Of a DNA stretch of 64,000 bases, positions 19,171 through 28,752 are shown in pieces. The notes under the pieces are model-generated. The model was not told where the DNA came from, searched no databases, and saw only the letters and a list, made by a program, of their open reading frames with translations. The stretch's first letter is position 1; each line of letters starts with the position of its first letter. The stretch spans positions 256,001-320,000 of the forward strand of contig JBQTHB010000006.1 of the NCBI GenBank assembly GCA_052390235.1, given 5' to 3'. Source of the stretch: Deltaproteobacteria bacterium (lineage in GTDB: Bacteria; Desulfobacterota_D; UBA1144; Nemesobacterales; CSP1-2). The translations under genes and the position numbers were made by a program.

Positions 19171-20255
19171 TAGGGCAGAACGGGAGGCTTTATCCGAGAG
19201 GGGTCAAGGTGAATCCCATAGCGCGTGGCCCCGTAGGCGCGCTTGAAGTGAAGCGGGGCAATTTTATAGTGTATTGCAAGGGCGGAGTCGCCGAGAGCGG
19301 CATCTATGGAGTTATTTATTTTACTTATATCCTGACGAATGTTATCTGCGGCGAATGAGTATTTTTGGACATCCGTATTTGGGAGCATACTCAGTATATG
19401 ATTCTTAATCTCATCTGCACAGCCACCGACCGAACCTTTCCCTTTCAGCGGCTCGAAAGCGGCATCTTCGGGAAGGGTTCTGCGCCTCTCGCAATAATGG
19501 GCGTAGAGGGCGAGGTGCTTCGGTTCTAGACGCACTTCTCTCGCTCCTATAACGAGACAGCGCCCCTTAAAATCAACGCAAAGCGCGTCCAAACGCGGCA
19601 TTGAGTCAATTTCTCTCTGCGCGGCGGCTACCATTTTGCCGAACGAGAGATTATCGGAATCATCGAAGAGGCGAGCCAATTTATCCCTCAGCCTGACGTA
19701 GGGAATCTCGGCGAGGTGTACCGCCGCTTTGGCGGATTTGGGCGGATAAAAGAAAGCCCTATCCCTCTCTGCCTCCTCGTCAACGAGGACGTGAGATAGA
19801 GTATCCTGCCGCCTGCCGAACAGCATCATGGCGTAAGCAAGATAAACGGACATAGTTTTTCTCCCGCCGGCGATGGAGCAGTGGAGAATCGTATCCTCAT
19901 CCCCAGCCAGTTCGCGGATGAATTCGGTGATTCGGTCGGCGGCGGTTTCGTTGTCGCGGGCGGAGCGAATGTCGGCAAGGGGCGTCCCTTTGGAATCCCT
20001 GAGCAGTACGATGGAGCTTTCGTCGAATTTTATTGACGATGAGTCTATTCCGTAATCCCGGCAGAGTTGAGAGAACTTGCCGCTCTCCTCATCCAGCAAT
20101 TTAGACAGAATCTCCCTCTTCCCGTCCAGCGTCGTTATAACGTAAATCTCGGAAATCGCGCTTCGGGGCTTTTTGATTTGTGTGAGATAGTAAAGAGTCT
20201 CAGTAACAACCTGCGGAGTGAGTCCTGCGACTGCGATGAGGATTTCTCTTTTCAT
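19170..20255 (-). CDS. CRISPR-associated CARF protein, NE0113 family (ring nuclease/Csx14-like), with C-terminal winged-helix
   Basis: ILIAVAGLTPQVVTETLYYL, DIRS, SIAGGRKTMS, LSHVLV; C-terminus resembles an OmpR-type wHTH. Confidence 0.85.
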   Translation of the reverse strand: MKREILIAVAGLTPQVVTETLYYLTQIKKPRSAISEIYVITTLDGKREILSKLLDEESGKFSQLCRDYGIDSSSIKFDESSIVLLRDSKGTPLADIRSARDNETAADRITEFIRELAGDEDTILHCSIAGGRKTMSVYLAYAMMLFGRRQDTLSHVLVDEEAERDRAFFYPPKSAKAAVHLAEIPYVRLRDKLARLFDDSDNLSFGKMVAAAQREIDSMPRLDALCVDFKGRCLVIGAREVRLEPKHLALYAHYCERRRTLPEDAAFEPLKGKGSVGGCADEIKNHILSMLPNTDVQKYSFAADNIRQDISKINNSIDAALGDSALAIHYKIAPLHFKRAYGATRYGIHLDPSRIKPPVLP

Positions 20256-21508
20256 CACGCCCATCCGAGTTTCGGAAACTCCACTTTGTAATCCGCGCCC
20301 GTATGCCGGAGGAATTTTTCTAGGATTGATACAAGTTTCTCAAATGTTTCTTTCGACACAGGCGAGAGTCCGTGGGCAAGGATGGATGAATTCCTTGCAG
20401 CGAGAATTTTTTTCATATCCTCTTCGCGCTCGAAAAAAACCCTGCCGAATTCACTGCCGGCCTCTTTTAGCAGGGCGAATGTGTCGTAAAGAGGAATTTT
20501 TATTTTGCCGTCGTGGGCTGTGTGCTTTCTCTTCATCTCCTCTCTCAGGGATTCGGGGAGTTTTTTGGCATCGGCGTCGGACGTATCGCACCCGAATTGC
20601 CGCTTGAATTCAATCTGTCCTATCATCTCAAGAGAGCGGTAGAGCCTCGCGACGGCGTCGTCATATTTGCCCTCTTCGGCGCGGCGGCGGGCGTTGTGGA
20701 AGAGGTCGAAGACCGAGGCGAAGTGGGACTCTTTAAAGTTTTGGGTTTTGCTGCTCAGCTCTTTGAGGAACTGGATATTCACGTTCACGGCTTCGAGAAA
20801 TACCGAGAGTATTTTATCCTCACTGTATTTCAGGTACTCGCCGAGTCTATTTTTCACCTTCTCCATAGTCGAGAGCGCCGCCTTATGCTCGAAGCTGTCC
20901 CATAGCTCGTATAAGGCGATTAGCTCCGTGAGGCTCTCGTAAACTGCCTTGAGCGGGCCGCTAAGCACGCCGCTGAGTTTCTCCGAAATATTTTTGGCGG
21001 CGGAGAACTGGTAGCTGTTGAAAAAGAGGGCGATTTTCTTCCTATCTTCAACATAGAGAACCTGCCAAGGGCTTAATGCGGTTTTTATCTCCTCCGCGCC
21101 GCTGATAACCACGCCAAGACCTCCTTTCGATCGATGCGTCCCGCCAACGTAGGAAAAATGAGTGAACTTTGTAACTGTTGCAAGCACCAAGGCAGCGCTC
21201 ATAGGTTTTGTACCGCCTGTAAAGTCAATAACAACATCTTCTAGGGAAATTCCCTGTTTTTCGATTTTGATCGACAGTTCCAGAGCTTTCTCGTAGCAAT
21301 GATCGAGGCTCTGCGGGTCGTCAACGATAATTGACTCTATCGCGGGTGAAATCCCGGCCTCGACGAGTTTGTTTTTTACTTTTGGATATTCGTCGGAGTT
21401 GCTTTGTTGAGAAGAGAAGAAGCAGATATAATCCGGCTTGTGGCTCTCTATGGATTTTAGAATCGGATCGATTGAGCCGCCGAGAGAAACCACGAGGGCT
21501 TTAGGCAT
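20255..21508 (-). CDS. CRISPR-associated CARF-HEPN protein (TIGR02710 / Csm6-like)
   Basis: SLGGS, DFTGGTKPMS, YDDAVARLYRSLE, HEPN motif RNSSILAHG. Confidence 0.85.
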   Translation of the reverse strand: MPKALVVSLGGSIDPILKSIESHKPDYICFFSSQQSNSDEYPKVKNKLVEAGISPAIESIIVDDPQSLDHCYEKALELSIKIEKQGISLEDVVIDFTGGTKPMSAALVLATVTKFTHFSYVGGTHRSKGGLGVVISGAEEIKTALSPWQVLYVEDRKKIALFFNSYQFSAAKNISEKLSGVLSGPLKAVYESLTELIALYELWDSFEHKAALSTMEKVKNRLGEYLKYSEDKILSVFLEAVNVNIQFLKELSSKTQNFKESHFASVFDLFHNARRRAEEGKYDDAVARLYRSLEMIGQIEFKRQFGCDTSDADAKKLPESLREEMKRKHTAHDGKIKIPLYDTFALLKEAGSEFGRVFFEREEDMKKILAARNSSILAHGLSPVSKETFEKLVSILEKFLRHTGADYKVEFPKLGWA

Positions 21509-22656
21509 TATTTGCACCTTGACTCGACTTCGTTAAATTCTTTGTAATGTTCTTTGAGAATATCATTATCTTCTATATATCTTTCATAATTATTATGGTC
21601 TAAAAATATCTCCACGACTTTTATAGCCCCAGCTTCTTCAAAATAAAATATACGCTCGGCGGTGTGAGGCTTCTTAAAGCAGAGGCAATCGGTTTTAAGA
21701 CTCTCAAACTTTTCATGGAGGAACTGAGAGCGCTTCTGAGAATCTTTTAAGTCCTTAAAATAACTTTGAATCTTATCGAGTTGCTCGCCGTTCAAGTCGG
21801 CATATACCTTTTTTGCCTTGTGTGATAAATGAATCTTCGTGCTGTCATCTTGCAAGAACTGCTTGTAAAGTAGTTCACCCAGAGCGGAGAACGTTACGGA
21901 TTGACCGTCGTCCTCGATCATCGCCGAGAATTTTTCATATTCCTCATCGTCGAGACCCTTTCGGAATTCCCTCATACCGATTATGGATTTACTATGCACC
22001 TTGTCGAATTTAGCCTTATGCTGATTTAGAAATTCTTTGTTGTAAGTTATCGGCAAAGCCGGCAGTTCTATCAGATAATCTGTATCTTCAAAGGTATAGA
22101 CCACTTTGACTGAATTTATCATGCCGACAAATGTGGTGTAAGGAATAACCGCTTTGAAACCTCCCGTGATGTTAAAGATTATCTCATATTCGTAGCGGCT
22201 CTTTTCAATAATATTCATCAGCTTATCAATAAAATTTCTGACCCCTTCCTTTCTAAACCTCTCGGAATCTTTGACCTGAAGCCCTTTCACTTCCTCAGTT
22301 TTTACGCTGCAACCGAATTCTCCTTTGATATATTGCTCAATAACCTCGGCGCACAAATTGCCGTCCATTGTTTCGGTAGCGAATAGATAAACCACGTCGG
22401 CTTCAGTAATTCCCAGCTTAGCCAAGCTCTTGATTTCGGCTGAGGATTTATTTAAGTCGCTATTTTTATCGAGATTTAAACCGCTCAGGCGGCTAAGACA
22501 CTGTTTTTTCAGTTCTTCAAATTCTCGGGAGTAATCTCCTCTCAAACCGGACGATTTCCCCTCAATGCTCTCAACGAGGTTCTTCAGGCTGTCTTTCTTC
22601 TCCCGCAAGTGAAATAATAGCGATGTTCCGACAGTGGTAAGCGCCATTTTTCTCAT
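21508..22656 (-). CDS. CARF (APE2256-type)-HTH-RelE effector, Cami1-like
   Basis: TTVGTSL, SAEIKSL, NITGGFK; C-terminal RelE-like domain (IHLSHKAKK...ERIFYF...VVEIFLDHNNYE). Confidence 0.75.
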   Translation of the reverse strand: MRKMALTTVGTSLLFHLREKKDSLKNLVESIEGKSSGLRGDYSREFEELKKQCLSRLSGLNLDKNSDLNKSSAEIKSLAKLGITEADVVYLFATETMDGNLCAEVIEQYIKGEFGCSVKTEEVKGLQVKDSERFRKEGVRNFIDKLMNIIEKSRYEYEIIFNITGGFKAVIPYTTFVGMINSVKVVYTFEDTDYLIELPALPITYNKEFLNQHKAKFDKVHSKSIIGMREFRKGLDDEEYEKFSAMIEDDGQSVTFSALGELLYKQFLQDDSTKIHLSHKAKKVYADLNGEQLDKIQSYFKDLKDSQKRSQFLHEKFESLKTDCLCFKKPHTAERIFYFEEAGAIKVVEIFLDHNNYERYIEDNDILKEHYKEFNEVESRCK

Positions 22657-22668
22657 GGCTTCATCTCC

Positions 22669-23487
22669 TCATTCAAAATACCCATACCCCGCGCTCGTTT
22701 TCGCTCCGACTCCAAGCTCCTTGAGGCCATTTTCAAGCCAGCCTTTAGCTAACTTGGCGAGGCTATCTTCCCTAGAAGCCACGGCAAAATAAAACTCCGC
22801 TCCTCCGTCCAATGTAAGAAAGAAAATGGGATTCGGACTCAGGTAATCTGCCGGCGGCGTTTTGCCAGAGGAGTCGCTGTAGTAATCCTGATAGTGCGGA
22901 TTCATTATGTCTAATTTGAGTTTGGGAAATTTGACTGGAATGGCGTCGAAGAATACGACTTTGCCCTGACTGGATTTCGGCTTTGACTCATCTCCATTGT
23001 CCTGACTATTCTTCAGTGTGGGTTGCAAGCCGAAGACATCTGTAATCCGCTTGTCGGAATCGTCAATACCTTCTACCGTATTTGCATAAGCCTTAGCCAG
23101 CCCTTTCAAGCCGCTTCCCGGAATTATCGGGAATCCGTAAACCCTGTGAAGCATCATGCTCGTTTCAAGAACACTCCCTGAGCCAAGCCCGACGACCATC
23201 CGCCACTGAGTTTTGAGTTTTTTTTCGCCGATATTCCACCCGCTATTTTTCAGTGATTGCAATGACGCCGAGAATCTTTTGTTATAATCCGCCAGGTATT
23301 CCGGCGGGTAAGAAACCTTCTGAACTTCTCTGAGAAACTCACCTTTGCTCTTTCCCTCCAATTTCCAATTCCTGTCCCAATGTGAAATATATTTCGCCAT
23401 CAAAAGTCCGAGATTCTTGCAATCTCTGAGGTTACTTTCAAGAATTTGGGACACTTCCTCTGGCAATGGAAAACTTGGTCTGCTCAT
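22669..23487 (-). CDS. cmr6: Type III-B RAMP Cmr6
   Basis: RMVVGLG, IPGSGLKG, DIMNPHY, GVGAKTSAGYG. Confidence 0.93.
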   Translation of the reverse strand: MSRPSFPLPEEVSQILESNLRDCKNLGLLMAKYISHWDRNWKLEGKSKGEFLREVQKVSYPPEYLADYNKRFSASLQSLKNSGWNIGEKKLKTQWRMVVGLGSGSVLETSMMLHRVYGFPIIPGSGLKGLAKAYANTVEGIDDSDKRITDVFGLQPTLKNSQDNGDESKPKSSQGKVVFFDAIPVKFPKLKLDIMNPHYQDYYSDSSGKTPPADYLSPNPIFFLTLDGGAEFYFAVASREDSLAKLAKGWLENGLKELGVGAKTSAGYGYFE

Positions 23488-23882
23488 TTATTAGTACCCT
23501 CCTCCGGCAGTACGGCTTCGGCAAAGCGTTTTAGCCAGTTTAGAAATGCTAAGGTCTCGGCTGTAGCTTGTCGGTACTTTGCGCTGTCTCCGCTGATAAC
23601 CTTTTGCACTAACTCGCCCCGTTGATAAATATTACTTTCGATAATCAGCCAACTGCTCAAGTGTCCGTAAAGCAGGTCGTGTTCCCCGCCTTTCGATTTG
23701 AAGAATGCCAGAGTCTGCCCCAAGCCGTTAGTGAGAATCAGGACAGGAGTTTTCAGCGCAAGAGACCTATATTTTTTCTTTGTATCTTTGTCTTTTTGGT
23801 TAATTTCATTTACAAAGTCCCAAGCCTTGCTCGCTCGTTTTTGCTCAAGGGTTTGAATCAGGCTCTGTTTATTTTCCGCCAT
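23484..23882 (-). CDS. cmr5: Type III-B small subunit Cmr5
   Basis: LEQKRA, ILTNGLGQTLAF, WLKRFAEA. Confidence 0.93.
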   Translation of the reverse strand: MAENKQSLIQTLEQKRASKAWDFVNEINQKDKDTKKKYRSLALKTPVLILTNGLGQTLAFFKSKGGEHDLLYGHLSSWLIIESNIYQRGELVQKVISGDSAKYRQATAETLAFLNWLKRFAEAVLPEEGTNK

Positions 23883-24789
23883 GATTACCTCCCGCAATCT
23901 GAAGTTTCACGATTCCTCTGCCGACAGTTTCATCGCCGCCTAGCTGGAATCTGTCAATCTCAAGATCTGTAATGAATTTGAGGACATGCTCGGCAGTTGA
24001 AAAATCTGCGTTCTTCTTATCTCCGTTACCAAGTACGTCGGTAGCTAAGGCAAGCGAATAAAGCAACGTGTCGCTCGGCAGATGTTCTTCGTACCATAGC
24101 GCGCCTGTAGCAACCGTCTTTGTTGTGTTATCAATTTTGGTTCGAGCAATTACTTCAGTGGAAAACTCCGTAAAATCACGGAATGCGTTGTCGGGAAGGA
24201 TGGCAAGGTTTTTCCCTATTTTCCCTTTCCAAAACCCGTATTCCGAGCTTTGTGGAATCGCATTTTCAGAAATCCACTTAGCGACTGCCTCGGCTTCATT
24301 TGTCTTCTTAGCAGAGAAGGAAAATTCCTCGAGGACAACTTTATTATCCACGACTACCTCCGAAGAGTTGGTTATCAAAGCCTCGTTATCTCCCACGCTT
24401 GGTATAGTCAAAGTCGGATTCAATCCCGCAACCGTCATATCGCGCATGAAACGCTGAAGCACGGAAGGGCAGGTTACCCAAGCAAAGATTCCCTTGAGCG
24501 AGCGGACGGGGAATAGAAGGAGCTTGGCATCTGTGAAGGCAATCGCTCCGGCGTGTTCGCTTCCGCCTTTGCTATCAGGACCAAACACGAGGTTAATCTT
24601 GGAATCATCCTTAGAATGTTGCCTCGCGTAATCCCTCAAGCTCCCCTTCAACCCCGACGCCTGCACCATTGGAAAATTCGTGTGCCTCTCGCGCTGAATC
24701 GGCAAGTCCACAACCCCAAGAGACGACCCGCTCCCCACATGAAGCGGCGTTTCCGTGTAGAGAAATAAAACCTTAGTTTTTTTAAACAT
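23869..24789 (-). CDS. cmr4: Type III-B RAMP Cmr4
   Basis: PLHVGSG, VDLPIQRERHT, LWYEEHLP, QLGGDETVGRG. Confidence 0.95.
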   Translation of the reverse strand: MFKKTKVLFLYTETPLHVGSGSSLGVVDLPIQRERHTNFPMVQASGLKGSLRDYARQHSKDDSKINLVFGPDSKGGSEHAGAIAFTDAKLLLFPVRSLKGIFAWVTCPSVLQRFMRDMTVAGLNPTLTIPSVGDNEALITNSSEVVVDNKVVLEEFSFSAKKTNEAEAVAKWISENAIPQSSEYGFWKGKIGKNLAILPDNAFRDFTEFSTEVIARTKIDNTTKTVATGALWYEEHLPSDTLLYSLALATDVLGNGDKKNADFSTAEHVLKFITDLEIDRFQLGGDETVGRGIVKLQIAGGNHGGK

Positions 24790-25885
24790 TGCTCCAACCT
24801 CCTACCAAAGTTATACCGAAACCTTCTTTTTGTTTTTCATCGGAAATTGATTTGAACTGAAACGCTTCAAATAAATCATCAATCTCGCCTTCCACAAGTT
24901 CAAAAAAATAGACGCTCCCGGCAGGAACTGCTTTTTTCATCGGCTTCGGTCTGTTCTCGACAATGTCGAATCCGCCGACGGGAGCGGGCTTCCCCACGCA
25001 GGCTGAGATGAGCTTAAATTTGAGACCGTCTTTCTCGCCTGTTTGCATCCAATCGGCAGCCCAGCCTTTATTGAAAATCGCCGGGGTAAGTAGATAGAGT
25101 TTGAATTTGCGGGCTTTTCTAATAGCATCTTTAATTCCCTTATCGTCCCATTTTCTATCGCCAATCTTTTTGTAGGATGCCGCCCTCGATTCCCCGCCGA
25201 GCCTGAGAAAGCCTTTATCAGGGAGAGTGGCATCGCCTTCAACATCGAGCGTGAACCCGAACCCTGCGTTTAGCCTCACAAATTCGGCGATGTAAAAAAG
25301 TCCCTCTTCGGTGGTTTTCGTCGTCCCGGACTTGCCGATTCCAACCCGCTCTTCCCTCTGGAAAACTTCTTCGGATTTGAGGATTTTCCAGTTATCCACC
25401 TCGCCCCTTAAATATCTCTTTAAATCGCTCTCGCGGATAAAACCCTTGCCGTCCTCGATATGCTCATCGTAATTGGTCTTTACCCACAACGGGCTAAGAC
25501 CTTCCGAATCGCTCCTAAATTGCAGCGAACCGCTTGGCTTTAGCTGAATATATTTATCCTTTTCATTCCCGCTCTTAATTTTCATAACGTCTTTTGGAAT
25601 CGGGAAATACTCATAGTGTTTCTCATCCGCTACAAAAGGTCCAACAATGCTTAAACCTTGAGTCAGAGAATTAATTTGATTCAGATAGTCCTGCTTATTA
25701 TTTTTGATTTGCGACAGTGATTGAAATTGAAAATTCTTCCGACTTAGAATCTCCGCCCTAAGTGCCCCATAAAAAGTGCTTGGATAAGGCGGGAACATAC
25801 TCGTTGCGATAACGTCCTCTTCGGCGGAAAACGGCTTGCCGTCTCGGAAGAGCATTACATCCATCGGTTCAATGAATATTCTCAT
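24782..25885 (-). CDS. cmr3: Type III-B Cmr3
   Basis: PMDVMLFRDGKPF, PPYPSTFYGALR, LGGESR, AVPAGSVYFF, GFG. Confidence 0.93.
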   Translation of the reverse strand: MRIFIEPMDVMLFRDGKPFSAEEDVIATSMFPPYPSTFYGALRAEILSRKNFQFQSLSQIKNNKQDYLNQINSLTQGLSIVGPFVADEKHYEYFPIPKDVMKIKSGNEKDKYIQLKPSGSLQFRSDSEGLSPLWVKTNYDEHIEDGKGFIRESDLKRYLRGEVDNWKILKSEEVFQREERVGIGKSGTTKTTEEGLFYIAEFVRLNAGFGFTLDVEGDATLPDKGFLRLGGESRAASYKKIGDRKWDDKGIKDAIRKARKFKLYLLTPAIFNKGWAADWMQTGEKDGLKFKLISACVGKPAPVGGFDIVENRPKPMKKAVPAGSVYFFELVEGEIDDLFEAFQFKSISDEKQKEGFGITLVGGWSNV

Positions 25886-28739
25886 CGCTCGTCCCCCTGT
25901 TTCGAGAGGAAAACGGCGAGGCTCAGAATCTTCGAGATTTCTTCATGCTTTGCTGTTTTTTCAGAGCCTCCGAGTTCCGTGCGGAGCTTCATCAATCTAT
26001 CGGTTAGGCTCTGAAGCTGTTTGCCGACTTCTTCGGGCTTCAATTCTTCTCCCACGCCATTCTTAAACTTCTTCTTATCGCAGTGGCGTTTAATAATTCT
26101 CAGAATTTCCGAGCTTATGGCTTTGTCGGTTAGGTTGTCCGTCCACTTCAATTTTCCCCTGAAGTCATAAGCGAATTTTGAAGAGAGCCTGCCGCTTGTG
26201 AAATGGTCAACCAATTCATTAATGAAGCTAACCGTATCGAAATTGCCGCTGTCGTAAAACCACTTTGCCTTTATAATCTCAGTTCCGCCGGAGCGTTTCA
26301 TCAATGTCACAGCAAAGGCGTTTTTATCAACGATTCCCTTTGCGGATTTCTCTGCCTGCCTTACCTTATCCATCACTTGATTAAGAGGCTGAAGGTAGTG
26401 GGAAATCACGACGCCCATGCTTGCCGTAGCTTTCTTGCCCATCGTAAGTAAAAGCTCGCCGTCATGCTCAATAAACCCGTTTCCCGTCTTGAAATCTGCA
26501 TCGCCGTTTTCATCAACAAAGCCTGAGTAAACCGCCCGCAGGTCTCTCATAACATTCGGCAAATCGGAGAGCGATACAAACGCCAAAACGTCATCGCCTC
26601 CCGCATAGATGAGCTTGCCGAGATACTTTTCTTCGACTACGCTCCGAACCAACCGAAGAGAAAAATTCCTCAGCGCGCTGCTGATTGACGAGTGTAGTGC
26701 GGGTGATAGGGGGCGTTTTAAATCCCATTCTTTACCTAAATTAATCTCTGGATGAACAGTTTCTTGAATCTTGGGGGCAAATTCCCCGCTTAGCCATTTG
26801 CCCATGTTGTCGCCGTCCATGTAAATCACGGCGTAATACTTCGGGGCTTTCACGTCCTCAATTTCTTTTAATTTGGTTCTGAGACTGTCCAGAGCGTTTA
26901 CCGCCTCTTCCAGTTGCTTTTTATGTTCAGCGTTGCCGTTCTTGTAGCCATATTCTTTCTCCAACCTTTTCTCGTTAAATGTGTCTTTATATAGCCATTC
27001 TCCGTCAATTTTAATGAAGTCTTGAAGGTCTTTGCCGGAGCTACTAACGGCTTTTTTGATTTTGGGAAGCGTATCGCTTCGGGAATCTGCCCCTATGCCC
27101 TGAAGGAATCCCCCGACTTTATCGTTGAACTCCTGAATAGACTCTTTCAACTGTTCAGCCTTTTTCACAATGGCGTATTGATAAGATGCTGTTGCGACCG
27201 TGCCGACAGAGGGAAAACCCAAATCCGCGTCTCCGAAAACTTCGCGCCTAAAGTAGAACTTCTGGGCAAACCGCTTAGTCGCACACACGGCGCAGAGCCT
27301 CTCGCCGCCGCCGGAGCGAACCTCTCGCAATTCCGGTTTATCAAATCTTTGCCAAAACTCCTTTGACTCCTCCCGCGTGGGATTTTCAATGTCAATCAAA
27401 GGCTCGCGCACGCCGCAGAGAGTGCATTTATAGTTCGGCTCTTGGGACTGTTTGAAATCTCGTATTGCCTTCCTGCTTCCCATAGCGCGTTCGGTGAGTT
27501 CGTAGAGGAGTTGATACACCGTGCCGAGGGCGGGGTCGTACTTTAGCCCAAACTTGGTCTTATTCTCGTATAATTTAAGCAGCTTTTCCATCTCAAAGCC
27601 GCCATCCGTAGCGATTAGGGATTTATACTCGTTCAGAACGCCTTTATAATCCGGCTTCCAGTCATACGCCACCCAATACGTCTCAACAAAATCTTTCGTC
27701 TGCCTGCGCCAAATCTCATCCCACACCGGATTATTCGGCTCCAGGTTCAACCTGTTTTCCAATTGCTCTCGAACTTTTCCGGTAATTTCTTTCCAAGCCA
27801 AAGCAACGCTCTCTTTGGCTTTCTTCGCAATCTCAGACGGCAGATGTTTTCCCCCTTCTCCTTTTTGAGGGAGAATTGCGAGGAATCTGTTGGGAAGCGT
27901 GGGGGTCGAAAGCCGGCTAATATCCGGCTGTTTGAGAGATATTTTTGATGCAAGCCACTTGTCAACCAACGGCTGTTCGTAGAGGTCGGGGAAAACTATG
28001 GCGTCCGGTCCGAATTCTTCAGCCACGGATTTCATCGCCTGCCACGACAAATACGAGAGGATATAACTGCCCATCCACAGGTCTTGCGTTTTTCTTGCCG
28101 TAGCAATGAACTCCTGCACGGGACCAATAGAAAAAAGCAGAAAAGACAGGTTATAAAGTGCTTCCGTCTTCTTATCTAATTCGGAAGGCGGGAGAGTCTC
28201 AATCCCCCCGGCAAACGCCGCAGTAGCGTTTCGGTGATTCCAAATCGAATGGTCGGGGATGCGCGTGTCGGCAGGCAGAACGCTCCAAAACGGCTTGAGG
28301 GCATCAGTACTATGTTTCTTAATTAAATCCGGGAGCTTCCGCCAAAGGGCAAGATAGGTTTTTTCAAGGTCGTCTGCGCACTCGGCTTGAATTTCTTTAA
28401 CTGCGTCGTCAACCGCCGACTTTGAATCTTGAATAGTTTTGCTCTTGTCTCCTTTTGCTAACTCCTCGATTTTATTGAGACTGTCCCCCGAAAGCGGGTG
28501 TTTGATAACAGGCTTGTCGAGGAAGACTACTTTTAATAGGGCAGGTTGATTCTATCGGCGGACGAGGCTTCTACATCAGCCTTCTTCACCTCCTCAATAT
28601 CATCCTCCTGAATAAGCTCCCGAAGCAGCTTCTTCGCCTGCTCTTCGTGCTTATTACCTGTTTGCATCAGGATAATCGCCTTCTCAGGCGGGTCGTGCAG
28701 AAATGCTTTGATTTTGCGCTTTAGCAGGTCTTGGTTCAA
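25882..28739 (-). pseudogene. cas10: Cas10/Cmr2 split by a -1 frameshift near 28533-28552 (real lesion or sequencing error)
   Basis: Frame A (28739-28533): AFLHDPPEK...ADRINLPY*. Frame B continues KHPLSG...PADTRIPDHSIW...IGPVQEFIATARKTQDLW, Zn finger, MDGDNMG and an intact YAGGDD. Confidence 0.88.
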
Positions 28740-28752
28740 ATTGACTTACCTC

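Noticed and set aside
28525..28555. Programmed -1 ribosomal frameshift in cas10
   Set aside because: No X-XXY-YYZ slippery heptamer before the TAA in the overlap window; an indel is the simpler explanation.
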